A stretch of 63,983 nt of DNA, the filler included, from an uncultured bacterium (GTDB taxonomy: Bacteria > Hinthialibacterota > Hinthialibacteria > Hinthialibacterales > Hinthialibacteraceae): NCBI GenBank assembly GCA_964449065.1. It is 4 parts of 4 records of this genome, joined end to end, with 100 filler letters (N's around TTAATTAATTAA, not from the genome) between each part and the next. Parts side by side here need not be neighbours in the genome. Positions count along the whole stretch, not along the records: positions 55,074 to 63,983 come from CAYVAZ010000211.1; 3 more parts are not named here. One strand, given 5' to 3'. A model generated the notes under the pieces. That model did no database searches. It saw only the letters and a list, made by a program, of their open reading frames with translations, and had not been told where the DNA came from. The position numbers were made by a program, and so were the translations under genes. Numbering within the stretch: the first letter of the stretch is position 1; every line of letters begins with the position of its first letter. Of the stretch, positions 58,425 through 63,983 are shown piece after piece.

Positions 58425-59261
58425 TTATAATTTTGGAATGATTTCGCGGGCATTGGGCGGCGTGTGTTGTTTATCCGTTCCCTTGAGTTCTCCTGGGACG
58501 GTGATGGATTCCCGGCCTTGCAGCAGCATAATTTCAATGCGGCGGTTCAACGCGCGGGTTTCGGGCGAATCGTTGGGAAACCGGGGATGGTATTGTCCTG
58601 CCGATTTATAACTGATGCGTTCTTCCAACGGGGTGATGTTTAAAAATTCGTTTTGCTCCCGGATGCGTTTATCGTTTTCGATCAGAAATTTGGTTGTGAT
58701 CCAAGCACGGGCTTCGGCCAACTTCCAATTGTTGCGGTAGGGAGAGTTGGGAGGGGGTGGACGGCTATCGGTATGCCCGGTCACCTGCACACTCAGATTT
58801 TCAAATTCCTGCAATATTTCCAAGACCTTCAAAAGCATCTCTTTGCCGGATGAGTTTAAGACCGCTTTCCCCGGTTCAAACAAAACACGGCCGGCGAGCG
58901 AAAAGCGTATACCTTCTTTTACCCCTTCGACGATCACCTCCTTGGATGGGTCGTCTACCACCAATTTGGAACGGGCTTTCTCCGCGATGGCTTCCTTTGC
59001 GCGTTCCACATCTTTGGTGCGCTGTACCGGCTGCACTTCCTGCGGCTGAATGGTGACCGGTTTGCGCCATGACACTCTAAAAATATTGGGGATTTTGCCG
59101 AACGAACCTTGAATCGAGGCGATGGTTTGCTTGTACTTTACTTTCTCAAGCGTAGAAAGCGCGAATAGCAAAATGAAAAAGCACAGCAGCAACGACATCA
59201 TGTCGGCAAACGTGCCCATCCATAGCGGGGCGCCGGCTTTTTTTTCTTCTTTACTCGGCAT
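58425..59261 (-). CDS. motB: flagellar stator B subunit, copy 2
   Basis: WMGTFADMMSLLLCFF TM; OmpA-like GHTD, NWKLA..RA, NRRIEI. Confidence 0.92.
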   Translation of the reverse strand: MPSKEEKKAGAPLWMGTFADMMSLLLCFFILLFALSTLEKVKYKQTIASIQGSFGKIPNIFRVSWRKPVTIQPQEVQPVQRTKDVERAKEAIAEKARSKLVVDDPSKEVIVEGVKEGIRFSLAGRVLFEPGKAVLNSSGKEMLLKVLEILQEFENLSVQVTGHTDSRPPPPNSPYRNNWKLAEARAWITTKFLIENDKRIREQNEFLNITPLEERISYKSAGQYHPRFPNDSPETRALNRRIEIMLLQGRESITVPGELKGTDKQHTPPNAREIIPKL

Positions 59262-60120
59262 AATTCAATCCAAACTTTTGGGGCAATTCCGGCCGGGGGC
59301 GCGCGCCTTCCATTTCATCCGGCCGTTCCGAATCTGGGACCGCTATCGGCGATCGCGGGTCTCTGGCATTCGGGTCGGAATAATAGGTGCCGTCCATTTG
59401 ATCGGTTTGCAATAGCGTAATATCAACTCGGCGGTTGAGATACCGCCCAAGCGGCGTATTCGGATCTTGGTCTTCCAACGGCTTAAACTCTCCATACGAT
59501 TGATAGGTGAAACGTTCCGGATTAATTTGACCCGATTTCGAGCCGAAATCGGTAAAGTATTTCATCACATTGTACGCGCGGTCTGCCGACAATTTCCAAT
59601 TGGTATCCGTGTCTCCGGTCTGATCGGTATGACCGTCTATCTGAATCGGGTTGGAAGGGTAGCGAATTAAACGCCGGGCGATGTGATAGAGGCTTTCAAT
59701 CGCTTCCGGCTTAAGTTCTGCGCTCCCGGTGTCAAAGAGGGCATCTCCGGATAGGCGGAAGGTAATGCCTTGTTCGGTGCCTGTCACTTGTACTACACTT
59801 TGAAGGTTGAGCGATTTCACTTCGCGCTGTTCTTCGCGCATTACTTCTTCTTTGGCATAAAATTGCCGGCGGGTTTGCTGGACGGGACGCGACATTTTCC
59901 GGTCGGTTTGCCGGTCGGGGATATTCTCGACCAAATAGGGTGCCGGCAATCCGCCGAAGGCTTTGCGCAACGACCCCAGCGCTTGAATTTTTTTCTTTTT
60001 TTCCAGGGTGGAAAGCGCGAACAATAGGATAAAAAAGCACAGCAGCAGCGACATCATATCGGCAAACGTGCCCATCCACAGCGGGGCGCCGGCTTTGACT
60101 TCTTCTTTGCTTCTTGGCAT
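59251..60120 (-). CDS. motB: flagellar stator B subunit, copy 1
   Basis: WMGTFADMMSLLLCFF TM; GHTD, NWKLS..RA, NRRVDI. Confidence 0.92.
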   Translation of the reverse strand: MPRSKEEVKAGAPLWMGTFADMMSLLLCFFILLFALSTLEKKKKIQALGSLRKAFGGLPAPYLVENIPDRQTDRKMSRPVQQTRRQFYAKEEVMREEQREVKSLNLQSVVQVTGTEQGITFRLSGDALFDTGSAELKPEAIESLYHIARRLIRYPSNPIQIDGHTDQTGDTDTNWKLSADRAYNVMKYFTDFGSKSGQINPERFTYQSYGEFKPLEDQDPNTPLGRYLNRRVDITLLQTDQMDGTYYSDPNARDPRSPIAVPDSERPDEMEGARPRPELPQKFGLNYAE

Positions 60121-60214
60121 TGGCTTGTCCTGTTATTTCGTGGATACAACTTCTATCCTTCATTATATCCGTAAATGAAATACGAAAGAAATCAAAAAGG
60201 ATAACGTCCAGGGG

Positions 60215-60979
60215 TTAGTCTTCTTTTGGAGGCCGAATGCTGGGCGCTAGGAAAGCCAGAAGTTTCTGTTCGAGAATCCGGGGGTTGTCGCCGGATTGAA
60301 TAGACATTACCCCTTCAATAGCAACCTCTTTGATTAAAATTTCTTCCGCAGAACGAATCTTCAGTTTGCCTTCCAAGGGGATGAAAAACACATTGGCCAA
60401 AAACGCCCCATACATAGTGGTCAACAACGCGACCGCCATGGAAGGACCGATGGTTTCGGGATTACTCAAATTCTGAAGCATCTTTACCAACCCGATCAAC
60501 GTCCCGATCATCCCCAACGCGGGGGCAGCGGCTCCCATAAACCCAAAGATGCCCTGCCCGGTTCGGTGGCGGTCTTCAATAAACGCCAGTTCCGTTTGCA
60601 GAATGTCTTTGATCAGTTCCGGCTCAACACCGTCAACGGCCAAGCGCAAACCGGATTGAATGAAATCATCTTCGATCTCATCCATCGAACCTTCCAGCGC
60701 CAGAATCCCTTCACGGCGCGCCCGTTCCGCGAAACTCACCAAGGTGCTAACCGTATCCAATGGAGACAGCGCCTGCGTGAAAAGAGCGTTTTTCACCACG
60801 CCGCCGATCCCCATCACTATATTTAACGGAAAATTGATCAGGGTGGTTGCAAAGGTTCCGCCAATCACAATCAGCACGGAGGGGACATCGACAAACACGG
60901 CAATGTTGGTATCGATCACAATAGAGCCGAGAATCAGCCCCACGCCCAAAACCATTCCAACGACTGTTGCGATATCCAA
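60215..60979 (-). CDS. motA: flagellar stator A subunit (PomA/MotP-like)
   Basis: MDIATVVG, ARREGILALE, PALGMIGTLIGL, AVALLTTMYG, GDNPR; TTG start with GGAGG RBS. Confidence 0.95.
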   Translation of the reverse strand: MDIATVVGMVLGVGLILGSIVIDTNIAVFVDVPSVLIVIGGTFATTLINFPLNIVMGIGGVVKNALFTQALSPLDTVSTLVSFAERARREGILALEGSMDEIEDDFIQSGLRLAVDGVEPELIKDILQTELAFIEDRHRTGQGIFGFMGAAAPALGMIGTLIGLVKMLQNLSNPETIGPSMAVALLTTMYGAFLANVFFIPLEGKLKIRSAEEILIKEVAIEGVMSIQSGDNPRILEQKLLAFLAPSIRPPKED

Positions 60980-60994
60980 GGAAATGCCTCCGGC

Positions 60995-61201
60995 TTACTT
61001 TTGGATTACATTCGGACTGCTGCCGAACACCTTTTGTTTGGATTGTATACACTTATTCACAATGTCATCAACAGAGTCTTTCACGATATATTTTCGTCCG
61101 GTAACCAGCATGATGACGGAATCCGGCGTGGCTTCGATCGTCTCAATCAACTCCCCGTTGAGAAAAAATTTTACATCATTGAGTTTGGTCAGTTCAATCA
61201 T
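60995..61201 (-). CDS. flbD: flagellar FlbD family protein
   Basis: MIELTKLN..FFLN.ELIETIEATPD.VI.L..G.KYIV.D; AGGAG RBS; upstream of motA. Confidence 0.88.
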   Translation of the reverse strand: MIELTKLNDVKFFLNGELIETIEATPDSVIMLVTGRKYIVKDSVDDIVNKCIQSKQKVFGSSPNVIQK

Positions 61202-61490
61202 GGCTTCTCTCCTGGGGATTCCACCGGGAACCGCTTTGAGGATATCCTGATATGGAATCGGCTTGTCAAATTCTTCCTGCAACCGTTTACGGGTTTCTTG
61301 CAGTCGTTTTTGGTCAATCGGCATGAAGTTATCCACGTACAGCTGTTCCGTTATATTATACCTGGTAAAATATACTCGCAGAATTGCGGGAATGCAACAG
61401 CCTAATTGCCTCCCCCTGTTTTTTTATTGGATTGGACTTGTAGCGGACGCAAAATTTATGGTAGAGTCTTAATTGGGGATTGGAGGAGGA

Positions 61491-62060
61491 ATGATGCGAA
61501 AGAGGAGCGGATTTACACTGATCGAGTTGCTTATTGTTGTCGCGATTATCGGGATATTGGCTGCCATAGCGGTGCCGAATTTTTTGAACGCGCAGGTGCG
61601 GGCGAAATTGGCGCGGGTGTATGCGGATATAGACGCGTTGGAATTGGCGTTAAATTCATACCGGTTGGATACCAACTCATTTCCACCATCGCACGATGGC
61701 AGCAGTTTTATTGACCCCCACATTAAACGCTTTGTATTTTTAACCACACCGGTGGTGTATATGTCAACCATTCCCTTGGATGTGTTTGCCGCGAAGCATG
61801 ATTTTGATACGGGAGGATTTAACACCATCGGCGGGAAATATGTGGGGGATCCCTACCGCTATTTGGAATCACAGATTCACCCGACGATACATCAATTTAG
61901 TGAGACGGATGAGTATAAGAAGTTTGTGTATTTGCTGTCCGGGCGGGGTCCGGACGCGGTCATGAACTGGCAGCACAGCCCGCGCCTGCCGGACGCGTTG
62001 GCCTATGATGTCTCGAACGGGCTGAACAGTTCCGGGGATATCAATGTGTTTGGGCCGTAA
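61491..62060 (+). CDS. prepilin-type N-terminal cleavage/methylation protein (GspG-like pseudopilin)
   Basis: GFTLIELLIVVAIIGILAAIAVPNFLNAQ; LTTPV.Y, S.GPD, YD.SNG..S.GDI. Confidence 0.9.
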   Translation: MMRKRSGFTLIELLIVVAIIGILAAIAVPNFLNAQVRAKLARVYADIDALELALNSYRLDTNSFPPSHDGSSFIDPHIKRFVFLTTPVVYMSTIPLDVFAAKHDFDTGGFNTIGGKYVGDPYRYLESQIHPTIHQFSETDEYKKFVYLLSGRGPDAVMNWQHSPRLPDALAYDVSNGLNSSGDINVFGP

Positions 62061-62987
62061 TCAGCCCATCGCTTTATACCACTCAACATCCCGGCTGCTG
62101 AGCGGTTTGGTGTGCGCCAGGATTTTCTCTTTTGCTGCGGATGTGAGTTCCGTGAATGAATAAAAGGCGCTCACATCCCGTCTGGCCTGTTCTTTATTGC
62201 ATGGGTTTACCAGCGTCACCAGTACCGGCAATGAGAGCGCATAGTGCAATGCATCTTGTTGAGATAGATGCCCGCTGGAGCGCAATGTATCCATCGCGTA
62301 AGTTTTGCAGCCTACTGTAGCGGTATCGTTTCTATCCAATTCAGGCAGTGTTTCTTGTTCAAAACTAAAATGATGGGGATCAACCGCGTTCAGTGGGATA
62401 TGAACGACATCAAACTGAAAGCGTTCGATAAATGCAAGCGTCCATTGCGGGTGCGATTGGCCGGCGATTCCGATGAAGCGGCATTTGCCCTGCTCTTTGG
62501 CTTGTATTGCCGCGGAGAGAACACCGTCGTCTGCACAATATCTATCTATGTTATTTTTGTGGGGGTTATCGATTAACCAAACGTCCACATAATCCGTCTG
62601 CAAACGTTGCAAACTTTCATCCAATTCCAGTAAAGCAAATTGCTTGTCAATCGAGCGGGTTTTGGTGGCGAGGATTACGTTCTCCCGCTGTGAAGAAACG
62701 ATTTTGCCTAGCAGGGTTTCCGCGTAACCCGCTCCATAATAGGGGGAAGTATCGATGTAGTTCACGCCCGAATCCAGCAGATAGCGGACGGTATGATTGG
62801 CCTCTTGCAGGGTTGAGGCGAAATGCAAGTGGCTGGCTTCCAAGCCCAGACGGCTCGCGTACAAGCCGGTCGCGCCGAATGCAACTTGAGGGATTTGGCG
62901 GCAGTAAGTTTGCGCAGCATTTCCAATCGCAGCCGCACCGGTTGAGATGGCGATGGTTTTGCAGAAGTTCCGTCGGGTTATGGACAT
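62061..62987 (-). CDS. Tat-signal aldo/keto reductase family protein
   Basis: SITRRNFC twin-arginine signal; GVNYIDTS..YG, LATK, SLQRLQTDYVD, G..RFIG. Confidence 0.88.
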   Translation of the reverse strand: MSITRRNFCKTIAISTGAAAIGNAAQTYCRQIPQVAFGATGLYASRLGLEASHLHFASTLQEANHTVRYLLDSGVNYIDTSPYYGAGYAETLLGKIVSSQRENVILATKTRSIDKQFALLELDESLQRLQTDYVDVWLIDNPHKNNIDRYCADDGVLSAAIQAKEQGKCRFIGIAGQSHPQWTLAFIERFQFDVVHIPLNAVDPHHFSFEQETLPELDRNDTATVGCKTYAMDTLRSSGHLSQQDALHYALSLPVLVTLVNPCNKEQARRDVSAFYSFTELTSAAKEKILAHTKPLSSRDVEWYKAMG

Positions 62988-63035
62988 TGGTTTTCCTCTA
63001 ATTTCTCATCAGGATTGGTGGGGGTAAAACACCCA

Positions 63036-63072
63036 TCGATCTCCCCTAGTCCCCCTTAATAAAGAGGGGGAC
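63036..63072. repeat. isolated CCCCCTT..AGGGGG hairpin core
   Basis: TCGATCTCCCCTAGTCCCCCTTAATAAAGAGGGGGAC resembles the core of the 14.6-kb and 24.6-kb elements. Confidence 0.6.
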
Positions 63073-63168
63073 CGCTTATTCTGATTTTGTGTAATGATAG
63101 TAAAGCACTTTTCTGAAAATAGATGAATTGCAATAATATCTTTACACCATTCACAATACGGAGCCGCC

Positions 63169-63831
63169 ATGAAAATTCTATCCTCATTAACCGTGATCTT
63201 GTCCACGCTAATCCTTTTAACCAATCCGGCAACATTTGCGGAACAGACCGAGAAAGAGAAAGCCAACGAGCGCTATAACCCCGAAATGTTTGAGGAAGAA
63301 TCACGCGCCGAATGGCAAATGGTGGAGAAAGTGATGGAAGCGATGGGACTGAAAAAAGGCGATGACATCGCGGATATCGGCGGGGGTTCGGGGTATTTCT
63401 CGCGTCCGTTTGCGCGTGTAGTCGGTGAAGACGGCATTGTGTATTGCTGCGATTTCGCCACCAAATTACTTGATTTCCTGCAGAAACAAGCCAAAGAAGA
63501 AAATTTAAACAATATTGTGACGGTATACGCGGCAATGGACCGGCCCATGCTGCCGAAAAACAGTGTGGATTTTGCCTTTACCTGCAACACCAATCACCAT
63601 CTGCAAGACCGGGTGGATTATTACAATGGCTTAAAGCGTGTTCTGCGCCCCGGCGGCAAAGTGGTGATTGTCGATTGGTATAAACGTGAACAGGAAGTCG
63701 GTCCGCCGCCCAGCCACAACTTGGCGAAAAGCGTGGTGTTGGAAGAAATGAAAGAAGCGGGATATGAGTTGGTGAAGGACGAAGACTTTTTGCCTTATCA
63801 GTATTTTTTGATCTATGAAGTGAAAGAATAG
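63169..63831 (+). CDS. class I SAM-dependent methyltransferase with signal peptide
   Basis: IADIGGGSGYF motif I, LRPGG.VVIVDW, FLPYQYF; N-terminal Sec signal. Confidence 0.9.
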   Translation: MKILSSLTVILSTLILLTNPATFAEQTEKEKANERYNPEMFEEESRAEWQMVEKVMEAMGLKKGDDIADIGGGSGYFSRPFARVVGEDGIVYCCDFATKLLDFLQKQAKEENLNNIVTVYAAMDRPMLPKNSVDFAFTCNTNHHLQDRVDYYNGLKRVLRPGGKVVIVDWYKREQEVGPPPSHNLAKSVVLEEMKEAGYELVKDEDFLPYQYFLIYEVKE

Positions 63832-63839
63832 TTCGTGTC

Positions 63840-63928
63840 GTTGTCAAAAAACCGTTCCGTTTTGGGAGGGCGAGGCTCCCGCCGAGCTGGAAGTACCGTT
63901 CGATTTAATCCGAACGTATTTTAACAAT
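63840..63928. mobile_element. second copy (opposite orientation) of the GTTGCCAAAA-TIR element
   Basis: GTTGTCAAAA...GGGAGGGCGAGGCTCCCGCCGAGC..GAAGTA...AATCCGAACGTATTTT aligns with the reverse complement of 38911-38999. Confidence 0.65.
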
Positions 63929-63960
63929 CCAGAGCAATTCAAGATTGGATAGACAGAGAA

Positions 63961-63977
63961 TTGGTATTGCACTTGCC
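63961..63977 (+). promoter_or_regulatory. candidate sigma-54 (-24/-12) promoter
   Basis: TTGGTATTGCACTTGC: GG-N10-GC with a TTGC -12 box. Confidence 0.4.
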
Positions 63978-63983
63978 GTAGGG

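Noticed and set aside
63009..63535. Minus-strand ORFs of 85 and 159 aa
   Set aside because: Antisense to the methyltransferase and ending in hairpin-repeat sequence; no protein motifs.

Overview
Bacterial genomic DNA made of four contigs joined by three artificial 100-bp linkers (N44-TTAATTAATTAA-N44 at 18356, 36717, 54974), so adjacency across those points is not biological. Gene content (Minf_1886-type protein, 'VPNFLNAQVRAK' pseudopilin, acidic secreted proteins ending in an aromatic-x-L-Y motif) suggests a diderm candidate-phylum organism such as Hinthialibacterota/Sumerlaeota (inference). Housekeeping and envelope genes include rpsA, plsC, metG, msrA, glgA, a GH57, bshA, ClC, MATE, two PPIases, two ABC systems, two Maf glycosyltransferases and flbD-motA-motB-motB. 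The main observations are four. (1) A tandem array of four modular, acidic, secreted lectin/Ig-like paralogues; the three complete ones share a short C-terminal motif ([ST]-V-x-x-[FWY]-x-L-[YH]-COOH) that may be an undescribed sorting signal. (2) A two-component system joining RegB-type redox-sensor motifs and a RegA-like HTH to a sigma-54 AAA+ activator. (3) Three families of small TIR-bounded elements, each carrying a different REP-like hairpin core: one is nested inside another repeat, one overlaps a stop codon, and one sits where a HEPN gene is expected. (4) A predicted Na+-type stator locus with one MotA and two MotB paralogues. No rRNA, tRNA, CRISPR array or transposase was recognised.
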